Under the pieces are notes generated by a model. That model saw only the letters and a list, made by a program, of their open reading frames with translations, made no database searches and was not told the DNA's origin. From Albugo candida (taxonomy: Eukaryota): 33,390 bases of DNA. The DNA lies in assembly GCA_040437565.1 (NCBI GenBank), contig JBDOQK010000095.1, positions 1 to 33,390 of the forward strand. Direction: 5' to 3'. Shown here piece by piece: positions 1 to 12,772 of the stretch. Positions within the stretch are counted from its first letter, which is position 1; every line of letters begins with the position of its first letter. A program made the position numbers and the translations under genes.

Positions 1-627
1 TAGGTGAGAAAGCAATTCTAACATACTATCTTGAAAGTCCGAATACTCTTTATGTGTACGTCCCATGGATCTGATACCTGACTTGCGTGTAATAATCAGA
101 ATGTATTTCACGGTGTGGTCAAAACAGGAAGACGTAAGCGACAACAATCTTTGGAGGGCTCAATCAAAGCTAGATTAACCAGATATATTTTGGATAACTT
201 TATTCGTTTTCCCTATCATAAAGCAAAAGGTTTGTTTTCGAAATAGAGTAGTGAGATCCCTCGACCTAGCTACTTCTAGTAATACCGTGACTCGACTTTA
301 ATTATATTCTGATAGTATATGTTGCTACATTTTCTTCTATCAAGGAGTCGGTAGATTTAGTAACAGCCCAAGGAAGACAAGTTCTAGATGAAAAGGTTAT
401 TCGAAAGCTTTGATTTCGGCATCATCGAGTCAACCTGGTGCTGCAATCTTGTCTCATTCAAATATGAGAAATTGGGGATTCTTGACGCTTACGTTTTGCT
501 GTTTTCGACCGCACCGTGTGATACGTTTTGCTGTTTTCGACCACACCGTGTGATAGTTCTCCAAGGGGATTAGACATAAAAAGTATTCGCATTTGCAAGA
601 TTGTATGATAGAATTGCTTGTCACCTA
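1..627. repeat. Imperfect inverted repeat, arms ~1..150 and ~476..627
   Basis: taggtgagaaagcaattctaacatactatcttgaaag... pairs with ...gcaagattgtatgatagaattgcttgtcaccta. cacggtgtggtcaaaacaggaagacgtaagcg pairs with cgcttacgttttgctgttttcgaccgcaccgtg. Roughly 80% identity by eye in the aligned blocks. Confidence 0.85.
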
Positions 628-1237
628 CAATAGCCCTTTCTCACCCATCGTTTTTTTCTGGTTTCATATGCCAAACCAGCTTTTCTCACATTGAAATGAG
701 ACAAGTGTTTACCACCACCTTGACTCGATCTTGCGAATAGACAAATTTTTCTGAAATATAATCATCTAGAATTGGTATTCTTGGTACTGTTCAGAGATCA
801 AGGGGTAATGCCAAAAGTTTAGAATTCGATGGTCTCCGGAAAAAGCTACGCGACTGGCGGGACATTGAGAGGAGAGTATCGCTAAAGTGGATTCAGGGTA
901 GACGGACTTTTGTCAGCAAGGATGATTTACGTATGAGTACTCAGCTTTACGTAAAAGAAAACAAAGGAATCTTCTCGATCAGCTGGGCAAAGCGTGAAAG
1001 TTGCCAGTTTACTTGCGGATGCCACGTTATCCCAAAATATAGACGGGCACCTTGGCACGAAGGGCACCTTACGGCAAGTGCTCTTTTTTGGGAAGCAAAA
1101 GAGACCGCCAGATGATACGAATGAATGTTGATGAACATACTATCAGTATCCCAAGATCATAATATGAAAGCATGGAAAGAAAGCTTCTGGAAAATAATGA
1201 CGGTTCTTTGACAATCAGTAAACGCGGTCGATTCCAA
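388..1237 (+). pseudogene. Decayed copy of the pepsin-fold family, 3' end lost in a gap
   Basis: ~820..1237 clearly matches the reverse complement of ~16046..16460, with frameshifts and a premature TAA at 1160..1162. The 5' start at 388 is weaker. It rests on the context ggaagacaag...ATGAAAAGGTT resembling the paralogue starts, upstream gtgactcga...agtata at the expected spacing, and a consistent distance to the YATG motif. Confidence 0.7.
490..555. repeat. 32-bp tandem duplication
   Basis: tacgttttgctgttttcgacc(g/a)caccgtgtga x2, one mismatch. Confidence 0.95.
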
Positions 1238-1338
1238 NNNNNNNNNNNNNNNNNNNNNNNNNNNNNNNNNNNNNNNNNNNNNNNNNNNNNNNNNNNNNNN
1301 NNNNNNNNNNNNNNNNNNNNNNNNNNNNNNNNNNNNNT

Positions 1339-1677
1339 TCTTCTTGATTCACTATGATGAGACAATTAGTTCAGTGATTACTCATTGTCGGGCTAAGGTA
1401 CACTGATGTATACCGATGTATACCGATTGATATCGACTGATATTGAGTGATGAATGACGATTATTCGAGTCCAATTGGTTGCTTCGTTGTACTCCTCGAT
1501 GATTTCATATTTCATCTAGAGCTAAAATTAGATTACGTAGGCTGATCGCTGTGGGACGGAAATATTGGCGCAGTACCTGAATACGTACTCAGTCATCGCC
1601 TTGATAAATCTCGAGAAAGATGACTACTGGGTAGCAACATGAATATGTGACGGTTTAACACACTGAAATGTCTGATT
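1339..1677. repeat. Near-identical inverted copy of 13668..14006
   Basis: Direct comparison: ~340 bp with only scattered substitutions and an abrupt end at 1677/13668. Confidence 0.95.
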
Positions 1678-3490
1678 CGTTCACGGCGGCATAAGAGACC
1701 ATGAAAAGTTGAGTCTGTTGACTCCACTGCGCAATCATTATACCCTCAGCTTGGCATAAGAGAGCATCGACACCCACACAAACAGAGTATACAAGAAAAA
1801 TAAAATTGTCAAACGTCAATAAGTCGGAATGGCTTGACCGAGTAACATCCCTGACTGCAATTTCTGCCACAAACCCTCACATCCTCCTTGAAATGGTCTT
1901 GTTACTATATCGGTCGCCCTGATATGCCGCAGTGTGTCGTCGGGTGTGTATCGCAGCGGGAAGACTTATCAACGATTCAAGGGGGAAACCAACACAGCCA
2001 TACAGGGAAACACTTGAAATTACGTAAATCTATAGGAACATCCGCATGTCCAAGAAATGCGCCCAGTAGCACTTCAAAGTATGACAAACTTATAAGAACG
2101 TGAAGGAATCGGAATAGGTGCATTTTTTCAAATATTTGCATCATCTTCGTTGCATCTAAATAGTGATCTCTTGCACCCGCATACGTTCGATTAGAATTTT
2201 CCAATGACCTGAACTTGAGTCGAATTCTCACAAGCCCGCATCAGGACACAATTTGAAACGCTCGAGCCTCAGTGATCCTTCTGAAGCTGATTCAGTGGAC
2301 CTATGAGTCACAAACTAGCGCTGTCAGCATGTAATGAGTCACTTGCGGTATAAAGTTTAATCGGCAAAGCGACCGAGTGGACATCTAATGATCTGGTTGA
2401 AGCAACGGACTTTTCAGCGTCAGAACAAAACGGTTTATTAAATTTCTGCGTCGATGCGCGTTTTCGAGCGAGACTTACCAGCACTTGAGGCCAGCTTTTT
2501 AAACAACAATCTGCTAGTGTTCTTGCTTGATACACTGACTTTGATTTAATTCTTCTGAACCAAGGCATAGATTTTTTGTTCGAAAGAATCAATTACTCTC
2601 GAATAGGGTTACTTTATATATTATTTTATCATGTGGTGCATAATGTGGAAGGACAAGCGGAAGCTAGCGTGTCTTTTTCTTGATTTGATGCACCTCCATG
2701 ACGACAAATAACAGGTCTCGTGATAACTTGATACAGTTGATGCTGCACTGTGCTTGAACTCCACGACAATAATATGTTCCCTCCCGCGCTCATGGCAACC
2801 TCCCACATACCTCTACATTTACTACGCATTCTTCTATGGTATTCCGTTTAAAATTCAATTTCCCTTGTTCTTGCGACTTGCCATTTCGCTTTGGTCGCTT
2901 TCATCTCAATTGTTTATAGCTTTGTTAGAAGCTGTTAATCTACCTGAACCAGGTGCCCAAAACTTCTTCTATATGCACGCATACTGATCTGCAAATGGTA
3001 CCGAGATGCTGTGTACGCTTCGTAAATTACACTGATATATTATCATTTTTCGTGCTCAAAAATCCTTCTTTAATATTTTTCTCGTTGCTCGAATTAAAAA
3101 AAAGCTGAGCAACATCCAATCCTTCTCTCTCTCGTTTCCAGCTATCTTGTCGCCGAGACCGAAATCTTAGGAAGTAAATGTATCCAGGGTGAGATATGTC
3201 TGATTCGTTGCTAGGTGGTGCTATCGAGACTATGCCATGTTTGTGCATGATTGACTCATACAATATTCATCCTCCATTATACCGAAGTCGGGGGATCCAG
3301 AAAGCATATGATTGATTATTTCTTTGGCTAATCGGAATTGAGCACAGCTTCGATCTAACCTACAGTACAACTTAGAAACACATAGTCTCGATAGATAAAG
3401 TTTTGATGGTGTCACAACTTTTCAGCTTGTAGGCCGTAACCAGCTGTGTAAGCTTAGTTTTCAAATTCAATTGCTTCTATCAGAATTATC
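1340..3490 (-). pseudogene. VPS54: Highly decayed VPS54 (GARP subunit)-like relic, copy A
   Basis: Ordered motifs across stops and frameshifts: LKTKLTQL (~3445-3470; cf. LQEKLSHY), RTQHLGTICRSVCVHIEEVL (~2958-3017; cf. SFRHLGSQLCELEKLIDKMM), QKFNKPF (~2428-2448; cf. IKFVNRF), EVLLGA (~2058-2075; cf. QLVLGA). The 3' end is homologous at nucleotide level to the other two copies. Boundaries approximate. Confidence 0.55.
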
Positions 3491-3649
3491 CCACCGGTCT
3501 CGTTTGTAAAAGCTCATGCGCAACTACAAATTACTTCTCTGTATTCCCTGGGTTGATTTGTCAACTAGTAAGAAAGCAGAATATCACATCAACGAAGACA
3601 AATGACATTGAGAGACGGCGTGGGCTAGCCAAAATATTTGGTAAACAGA

Positions 3650-6220
3650 TTCATTTTAATAGAGTCGACCCGACTGGAACGCCATCTTTATCTTGAACGC
3701 TAATATCGTCGAACTGACTAGGCGCTTATAATGCTATCTATCCCTATCTCTTTGTATTCTTACGCTTTTCAGCTCACTATCGGTTTGCTTGTGCTGTTGG
3801 AAAATGCTTCAATTTTAACGCACAAATAACGATATCCGTATCGGTCATTGCATATATCCATTACGAGTGCTCTAGTAACGCAAAGACAGAAGCAATCTAG
3901 TGCTACATAGAGGTTTCTGATGGACTATACATCGGATGATAGTTCATATCCATTGTTGGATGTAAAGCTTACAGACCTCTCATGAAGCTGTTATAACAAG
4001 GAAGATATTCTGCGAGCTTATGTCTCATCCTCAAACAGTTATCGTATCATTTGCCATGATTGATATACTTCGAAAATATCTATTTACTACATGATGCTAA
4101 TGTCAATATTGCTCAAGGGGATGTTTAGAGGTGGTGAATCTGGCGCAGATTTTGAATATGATAAACTCACCAATTCATTTTGAGGATGGATGCTGGGACA
4201 AAGAGATAAATATTGGACGACGGGTTTCTCATCGTCACAACATACAAACATAAGAGGCAAATAGTTCCAGCAGGTTTCAGAGATGTCCAATGTAAATAAT
4301 CCAAGACGATCATGTTATACAGTATTAAGTGAGAGAAGGCGTTCGACTGTTATGTGAATAAATGTCACCATCAGCTTGGACTTTGACCGGCTAAGAGTCA
4401 CATTAAGCGTGCAATCCTAAAAAATAAACAGTCGGAAAGTAACTCCCTATGTCTTTGATTGATGTCAAGTTTGAGTGCGAGAAGTATGGCAATTGATAAT
4501 TGAAATTAATGGTGCAGCTCAGGATGTACTTCATGATTTAAAAGATCTCATAAATATCAATCGTTAAGGCTACCTGAAGCTCCTAAACAACACCCTAAGT
4601 CCATGTGATCGGTACTCGTTTAGCATATAGAATGAAATGCTACTGTTTCAAACATTCCTTGGTATCTTTCTCATCAAGCAATAGAACGTCGACGAATATG
4701 TGACAAATGACCCCTACAGATACGGTAATCAATTACATAGTACTCCACAAGAAGGAGTTATTAAAGATTGCTTTAAGACACATCCGGTCCTCGGTGCTAA
4801 GCGAAACTCGTGCTTTTCAGGTCTTGGGTCACACGTTGTCTTTATGGGATCAAGGTATGAGAAAGAAGAATCCAACTTAGCATTGAGATGGGCACAAACG
4901 ATGCGAATGATCTCACACATTTACATATCAATTATCGATGCAAGGGTATATGTACATCTGATGGATATCATCATTACAAAGTTACGTGTAGATGAAATCG
5001 AGAAAGCCATCGATATATCACTAAGTGGCAGAAGACACCACGATGGAAAGTTTAGTAATCGCCAAGACTACCACATATATCGTGCCAATGGCAGTTAACT
5101 CACAATCGTCGATCTGCATTGATGTGCATGAAACTACCTTCAGCTATATTCACGTTCGTGAAATTTCCAATTGAAGTCGTCAAGTCAAGTACACAGCCCG
5201 ATAGACTTTCTGGCTAGGCTCTAGGGAGTAATGCAATGAAGCAACGAATCACACTAAATCTGATAAAAAGAAAAGTCTGTTAATGAAATCACCGATTTGA
5301 AGGATATACATTCAGCTTCGAAGATCGAAGAAACCTGTCAGCGTTCGTGGATACTATCACGAAGCAAGGTTTTAGCAAAAACCACTTGAAGCCAACAAAT
5401 GGTTGTGTGGAGACGGCTTCTGGTGGTAAGAAAAGAATTGCGTCATGGAACGTCTGTCTGAGCAACTTTGCCATGATGGTGATCCTAAGTATTCAAATGA
5501 TCAACTTGACCTTTATTACAGAATGGCTTTGAGAATGTCTTCCGATCACCTTTTCAGAATCATGAGAATTGATCCTTGCAGCTAGCTGGTACGAAAAGGC
5601 CTCAGCGAGCATGACAAGACTTCTCCATTTTGTGGAGCTCTCGAGCTTCCATGTGTAGAGTTTTCTTACCGCTCAAATGTACAAGAAAAGATACAGAAGA
5701 ANNNNNNNNNNNNNNNNNNNNNNNNNNNNNNNNNNNNNNNNNNNNNNNNNNNNNNNNNNNNNNNNNNNNNNNNNNNNNNNNNNNNNNNNNNNNNNNNNNN
5801 NCTTCGAAGATCGAAGAAACCTGTCAGCGTTCGTGGATACTATCACGAAGCAAGGTTTTAGCAAAAACCACTTGAAGCCAACAAATGGTTGTGTGGAGAC
5901 GGCTTCTGGTGGTAAGAAAAGAATTGCGTCATGGAACGTCTGTCTGAGCAACTTTGCCATGATGGTGATCCTAAGTATTCAAATGATCAACTTGACCTTT
6001 ATTACAGAATGGCTTTGAGAATGTCTTCCGATCACCTTTTCAGAATCATGAGAATTGATCCTTGCAGCTAGCTGGTACGAAAAGGCCTCAGCGAGCATGA
6101 CAAGACTTCTCCATTTTGTGGAGCTCTCGAGCTTCCATGTGTAGAGTTTTCTTACCGCTCAAATGTACAAGAAAAGATACAGAAGAATACTGTATGCATG
6201 TGCAAGTATGTATTCAATTC
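3650..6220 (+). pseudogene. ORC3: Highly decayed ORC3-like relic, copy A (3' part duplicated across the 5702 gap)
   Basis: IIEINGAAQDVLHDL at 4496..4540 (cf. ORC3 LKDMESFATKVLQDF), then MLLFQT. Winged-helix-like tail DQLDLYYRMAL (5499-5531), SWYEKA and MYKKRYRRIL (cf. DICIAYKLHL, DWSEAF, ARFIRAV). Same syntenic position as copy C. Boundaries approximate. Confidence 0.45.
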
Positions 6221-6715
6221 TTGTATGTATCACTGTGAAAGCGTTTAAAGTGAAATTACATGAAGCAATGCAAAGTCGCTTCAGCACCACAGACTCAAAC
6301 TCCCGACTGAGCTGCTCGTAGTATTTGCACTATTGACGAGCCAACAATGACGAATATGAAAAATCNNNNNNNNNNNNNNNNNNNNNNNNNNNNNNNNNNN
6401 NNNNNNNNNNNNNNNNNNNNNNNNNNNNNNNNNNNNNNNNNNNNNNNNNNNNNNNNNNNNNNNNNAGCTCTCGAGCTTCCATGTGTAGAGTTTTCTTACC
6501 GCTCAAATGTACAAGAAAAGATACAGAAGAAAACTGTATGCATGTGCATGTGCAAGTATGTATTCAATTCTTGTATGTATCACTGTGAAAGCGTTTAAAG
6601 TGAAATTACATGAAGCAATGCAAAGTCGCTTCAGCACCACAGACTCAAGCTCCCGACTGAGCTGCTCGTAGTATTTGCACTATTGACGAGCCAACAATGA
6701 CGAATATGAAAAATC
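5316..6715. repeat. Overlapping contig ends across gaps: 5316..5701 = 5802..6187 and 6122..6365 ~ 6466..6715
   Basis: Direct near-identical duplications abutting 100-N gaps; probable assembly artefact. Confidence 0.9.
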
Positions 6716-9700
6716 CCAATAGCACAGGTCCAATGGGGAAAGGATTTTCTCCCTAAAACACGTAGCATAATGTTTCTGAATTGTTTAGATAAAAAAAAGT
6801 TTCTATGATGTACCTTGTTTGCGTGCGACACTTTTCCTCGCTTCTTGACGTTGGACAAATGCTTTTCTGAGCGAAGCCTGGCTTTTGTTGGAAGGACCTA
6901 ATCGAGGAAGCAAACTCATACAACGAACAAATCGAGTTGGCGTAATGTCGAGATAAAACGGACCATTTCGATGAAGCAATTCGTCCAAAAATATGAAAAT
7001 GAACTGACAAGCCACACGAAAGTGTATACTGAAAATCAGTCACATTTATGTATACACGATTTGATCGATCCAATCAAAATTGGCCAACGCATATTCGACA
7101 CGCTTTATGATTGGACGCGTTGGATTCTAAGGCTTCCTTAATGTCTAAAATGAAAAGGGGGTAGACGCACTGAAATTATCATCGGAAAAGACGCAGCATC
7201 AGTGTATGTGTCAAATACAGTTACCATACAAAGAAGAGATCAGATTTCAGCAACTTGATACAAACAAGAGGTTATTTTCCTATAGAGCGGTATATCCGAA
7301 GCGCAAAAGTTCTTTTGACGTTAAACCAATATCGAGCTTTAATAATATTGACACGATCCTCGCACACAATGTCAAACTTAACGTCGCGACAAATTTTGCA
7401 TATGCAACTTGAATAGGGTCATCCATTTCAAGCTGCAAGTTGAAAGCACGAAAAAATATCTCCAGCCACGCCGTGAAACTATTACAGTACAATGGTTGCA
7501 CCCCATTATGGATGCAACAGATATCAAAAATCACATCTAAGAAGTGCTCGACCTTTTAAGATTGATGATAAGCGCTATTATCAACAAGGATGTCAATTAG
7601 AGGATTTTGACCGACTGGGGTCACCATTGGCAGGATGTGTCATATAGGCACTCAATCTCGGATTCGAAAGAAGTCTTTTGAATGTCGCCGAGGCGTGCAT
7701 ATTGATCAGAACGATTCAATTCGTCATACTGCACCCTATATATAATACAACGTCATGCACTGTTTCTAGCACTCAACATCGCTGCGAAGGCCACCAATAA
7801 GATACACTTCATCGGTTGGCGTACAGGTAGAAGATTGGCACAAACACATCGTAGTAATTCGCAACCTGTTTCCAACTCCGGATTTGACAGGCCCAATAAT
7901 ACCAAGGATGCTGAAATCTGATAAGCAATACGTCATGTCTAATGAACTCCCTCGAATCATTTGCCATCCTGTTGAAGCAGATGACATCAAATGCAATGCA
8001 TGAAGATATGCTTCTTATTCAGCAAAGGTCACACTGACGAAAAAGAAAGGGTGATGTCAGGGCAAGAATGAATTGTAAAAAGGTAACAAAAGGAAAGGAA
8101 AAACGACCACAGTAAGGGATCCAGCAGTCAAATTTCGCTACCACTCATGGAAGTGTAAGATTCCTACAAAGTGTATGTAAGAGTGACTTGGCCTTGATTC
8201 GAATTGGTAATGGTTATTTTCGTCATCTGAACATCAATCGCATTCAAAGTATCAATCCTGCAAAATGTCACAGAGGCATAAAGGCACTCTTTACCAGAGT
8301 GATAGAGCACGAAATTATAAAATGAAGATCATAATGCGCGCATTTCATATCGAAGATCATCTTTGTGCATACAAGGGAACGGAATCCCTTCCGTAGTTAT
8401 CCGACACTATTACAGAGAGTTCAATGATGGCACCACAGATTACGCCTTTGCACTACAAACGAATAATATTGAGATTGCAAGTTGTTTGTAACGCTTTTGC
8501 GTACTGAAACAATCAACCAGAGCCTATGCATATAAGTGTACCTGTGTCAGTATCCTAAGGGTAAAGTAACACAACGCCACAACATTGCTCGAACTTTGCT
8601 GAGAAATTAACAGTCTGTTAATGCTCTACAAGCTGACTTGTTTTGTGGACATTATGTTACCCATCGAAAGTGTGACAACTTGGACGATGAGACACAATTC
8701 TTCTGATTGCGTGGTGTGCTGATTGATAACGGTTTCGCAAATAGTATGTATCTTTGACGACATCAGAAGTGGCCTCATTTTACACTCTGTTTTTAGACCG
8801 CAATCCTACAATCAGTATTTTTTCAAATCGTGATTAAGGCTTCGTCGATGTGATTTTATCTCTCTTTGCTTGTCTGTCCCAAACCATCCGCAGTATCAAT
8901 CCTGACATAGTATCCGTCTTCATATTATGTTGTCATTTGCATTTTAGCTGACAACGGCGATAAAGAACAACTTCCCCGTGGACATCGATTCCCTAGCTCG
9001 ATGCGCTGAACCATTGAAAGCGGTGTCTTAGTACTAACCAGAGACCCCAAAAGTATGCATTAGTCCCGACGTGTTAAGTGGACGGAGTATTGTAGTCATT
9101 TTAGAAACATTATGCCTATCGTGTGCTTTCTTGTATGCATAGTCTAAAATGTTGCTAGTGTCAGTTCTTTTAAGCTCCAAGAGACAACGCATTGTGTTCG
9201 CATATGATTAGTGCTTATTGTTGATGCATCTCTTCAAGTCTCTTTGCTAATGCTTGGTCCATATCTTCAAAATAGAAGCAAAATTAGATTCAGAAACTTC
9301 AAAATCATTGAAATGACTCTGTAAATATACAAATCTTGCTCGTTGGAAGGGTACATGATGGGAAATTGCGGTAGNNNNNNNNNNNNNNNNNNNNNNNNNN
9401 NNNNNNNNNNNNNNNNNNNNNNNNNNNNNNNNNNNNNNNNNNNNNNNNNNNNNNNNNNNNNNNNNNNNNNNNNNTTTACCAGAGTGATAGAGCACGAAAT
9501 TATAAAATGAAGATCATAATGCGCGCATTTCATATCGAAGATCATCTTTGTGCATACAAGGGAACGGAATCCCTTCCGTAGTTATCCGACACTATTACAG
9601 AGAGTTCAATGATGGCACCACAGATTACGCCTTTGCACTACAAACGAATAATATTGAGATTGCAAGTTGTTTGTAACGCTTTTGCGTACTGAAACAATCA

Positions 9701-10620
9701 ACCAGAGCCTATGCATATAAGTGTACCTGTGTCAGTATCCTAAGGGTAAAGTAACACAACGCCACAACATTGCTCGAACTTTGCTGAGAAATTAACAGTC
9801 TGTTAATGCTCTACAAGCTGACTTGTTTTGTGGACATTATGTTACCCATCGAAAGTGTGACAACTTGGACGATGAGACACAATTCTTCTGATTGCGTGGT
9901 GTGCTGATTGATAACGGTTTCGCAAATAGTATGTATCTTTGACGACATCAGAAGTGGCCTCATTTTACACTCTGTTTTTAGACCGCAATCCTACAATCAG
10001 TATTTTTTCAAATCGTGATTAAGGCTTCGTCGATGTGATTTTATCTCTCTTTGCTTGTCTGTCCCAAACCATCCGCAGTATCAATCCTGACATAGTATCC
10101 GTCTTCATATTATGTTGTCATTTGCATTTTAGCTGACAACGGCGATAAAGAACAACTTCCCCGTGGACATCGATTCCCTAGCTCGATGCGCTGAACCATT
10201 GAAAGCGGTGTCTTAGTACTAACCAGAGACCCCAAAAGTATGCATTAGTCCCGACGTGTTAAGTGGACGGAGTATTGTAGTCATTTTAGAAACATTATGC
10301 CTATCGTGTGCTTTCTTGTATGCATAGTCTAAAATGTTGCTAGTGTCAGTTCTTTTAAGCTCCAAGAGACAACGCATTGTGTTCGCATATGATTAGTGCT
10401 TATTGTTGATGCATCTCTTCAAGTCTCTTTGCTAATGCTTGGTCCATATCTTCAAAATAGAAGCAAAATTAGATTCAGAAACTTCAAAATCATTGAAATG
10501 ACTCTGTAAATATACAAATCTTGCTCGTTGGAAGGGTACATGATGGGAAATTGCGGTAGGTCTGGCATGTATGTCACAAGTTGGTCGATGTGGTTTATCC
10601 ATAATGTGGAATTCTCGTCA
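6300..10620 (-). pseudogene. VPS13: Highly decayed 3' fragment of a VPS13-family gene, copy A (includes a ~1.1 kb gap-flank duplication)
   Basis: DFSILGII / IRSWKQVANYY (~7850-7920; cf. SLDILGSP...VRSIGNGVADFF), FFRAF (~7445) and VQMTKITI (~8210-8235). DQLVTYMPDLPQF (~10548-10587) matches EKLLVIYPALPRH of copy C, also at nucleotide level. Boundaries approximate. Confidence 0.4.
8290..10559. repeat. 1085-bp direct duplication across gap (8290..9374 = 9475..10559)
   Basis: Offset 1185, no differences seen; probable assembly artefact. Confidence 0.9.
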
Positions 10621-12696
10621 TTTCCTGACAAGCAAGATAATCGGGAATTGCACTACGCTATTGGGAAGGAAGGTCGAAGGAGTACCGTGGGTAATGTGAT
10701 CAAGTTCCAGCAGATCCATCGTCTAGCTCATCTACACATTAGAAATTATTGAAAGTCATCATAATCTCGTCTTTCCAGAGAATATTTTTGGAAGTAGACA
10801 GCTCTAGAGTAACTAATCCATTGGATACTAACCTCAGTAACGATCAGAAGGATGGAGCTGTGTCACATAGAACGAAAATGTGAAACCTCACATAACCAAT
10901 GAAGTAATCTACCTAATTACTCTGTTGTAATTGTTGTAATTACAAGAAGCATAATCTTTGCATGAAAGTTTACGAGTATGGTAACTTTTTCCTGAGTTTC
11001 TGCAGAAAGACAACGCAAGTACGCTGCATATCGCGCGCAGTGAGGTATTTGAGCAGAAAATGAACACTCTAATGTACTTATAGGGACCGCTTGAGCGATC
11101 ACTGCCAAAGATTGTGGCAAGGTGCAATCTGCTATAGTTTTATTGCACGGAAACTAAAGACAACAACTATGGTGTCCGGTTCAATTGTGAGCGAAAAGTA
11201 TGTGATGTTGATGAAAAGGCTCCTTGTGGTGTGGCGTTAACCTGTGTTTGAGCTGCTCTTTCCGAAGCTTGGTTTTCAGATGCAAAGAATTCCCTAAAAT
11301 AGGGTAGTATGACACTTTTTGATATAGTGTAGTCTTCGGACGCAAGATCATTCTCGTCTGGACGTAATCGCTATCTATTGCACCCGGCTGGGCTACCTCA
11401 ACTTTCTGCGTATCACTTTCATGCAATACAAGTGCTCAGCCACGAAGGCTTCTGGAGGTTTGCGCTGTTTTGAACAGCTTCGAAATAAGTTAATGAATGT
11501 ATTCGTAGAGAAATATCCGTTTCGGCCATCCTTTATAACGCTTCCCATTTGGAGTGACGAATGATTTGCTCCTGCCCAAAATTTGATATATTTAATATAT
11601 TTAATATATCCACGGTATCTAACATCGCATCATCATCACTTTCGTATATATACACTTCTTGTGCGTAAGGATAAAAGACAAATATTGTCAAAGATTCAGG
11701 ATGATTATATTACTCGGTTATACCTACTTCATTAGACAGTATTTCCTACCAGCACCGAAGATCAGAAAAAATGATCAACGCTGTTCAAGTTTGGTTGTCA
11801 TTGTTCTGAGTACAAGTAGAAGTCTTGTAGACTTACGATATGCAAATGCAGCGAAGAGATAGCATGTAACCAAAAGGTAAAAAAGGAATCACAAAGTGTA
11901 ATGTAGGACAAAACGTGGAAAAGCTTGGCACCTTAGAGGACGTAATAACTAGCCACAAGAGGAGTTGAATTCTGTACTATCTTCCTTGCATTCGCACGCC
12001 CAGTTGTAAAGTCGCGTTTTTGGGAAAGCTGCACTAAAAGAAATTCGTTCAGGTCGTAGTATTAATCCATACTATAACAGGGACACTTCCATGTCATTCC
12101 ATGTCGAATGTTTAGTTTTATATTTCAATAGGCACTCGATACGCCTTTCAGTCTCGATAGCGCGAATGTTCTAGCTTATTGTTGTAGAAAGCTGCGTTGA
12201 TTAGACGATAAAGGGATGAATTAATGGAACTAACCATCAGGCCATTTAATTCATTTGGAGTTGTAATGTCTGCACGGAGTAGGTTCATCTAGCCGTCAGA
12301 TACACACTCATTGCAATGTTGCCATATGCTCACCAACTCCAAGAAAGATAGAGTAGGGAATCGACATCGTGCGAAATGTAGTTTAGTCTTGCGTTTATAT
12401 TTTTATAGTATTGCATCAGTCGCCATGTTGTACATTCTTCTTCCGTGCTACTTTTCCAATAATGGAATAGACGCCTTTGAGCACATCGTATAGCTTGTAT
12501 TTTCCTCTTTGTGTCATTTACAATGCAAAGTTTGAAAGAATCACTTCGATGTATGTTATTTTTAAGCATAACCTATGGTGTTGTACGATGCAGTTAGATT
12601 TCGTTCAGCGCCAATGTGGCAGCGCCAATAGTATGCAATGATGTTGAAACAACTCTCTTCGTTTCGGTCCTCCACGATTACAATGAACGGTAATAG

Positions 12697-12772
12697 TTAC
12701 TCGGCGTTTATTATTTTTCTTCAGTTCCCTTTACTCGGCTTCATTACTTTTCTCCAATTCCCTTTTCTCGAC
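12697..12772. repeat. Diverged ~33-bp tandem duplication
   Basis: ttactcggcgtttattatttttcttcagttccct / ttactcggcttcattacttttctccaattccct / tttctcg. Confidence 0.75.

Noticed and set aside
490-555. CRISPR-like 32-bp repeat
   Set aside because: Only two adjacent units, no spacer, no cas genes, eukaryotic context.
7870-7915. Walker A-like GIIGPVKSG
   Set aside because: Lacks GK(S/T) and any NTPase context; better explained by the VPS13 relic.
8400-10750. Ankyrin-repeat-like peptides on the + strand (NDGTTDYAFALQTNNIEIASCL, GFVDVILSL, PDKQDNRELHYAI)
   Set aside because: Short degenerate matches in different frames. Most of this DNA reads as the syntenic VPS13 relic on the - strand, with nucleotide similarity to copy C. 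Not excluded; an HMM scan would decide.
10900-11850. Possible truncated third ORC3 relic on the - strand (LATIFGS vs FATVFGS at ~24180)
   Set aside because: The position fits copy B, but only one 6-residue match was found; insufficient.
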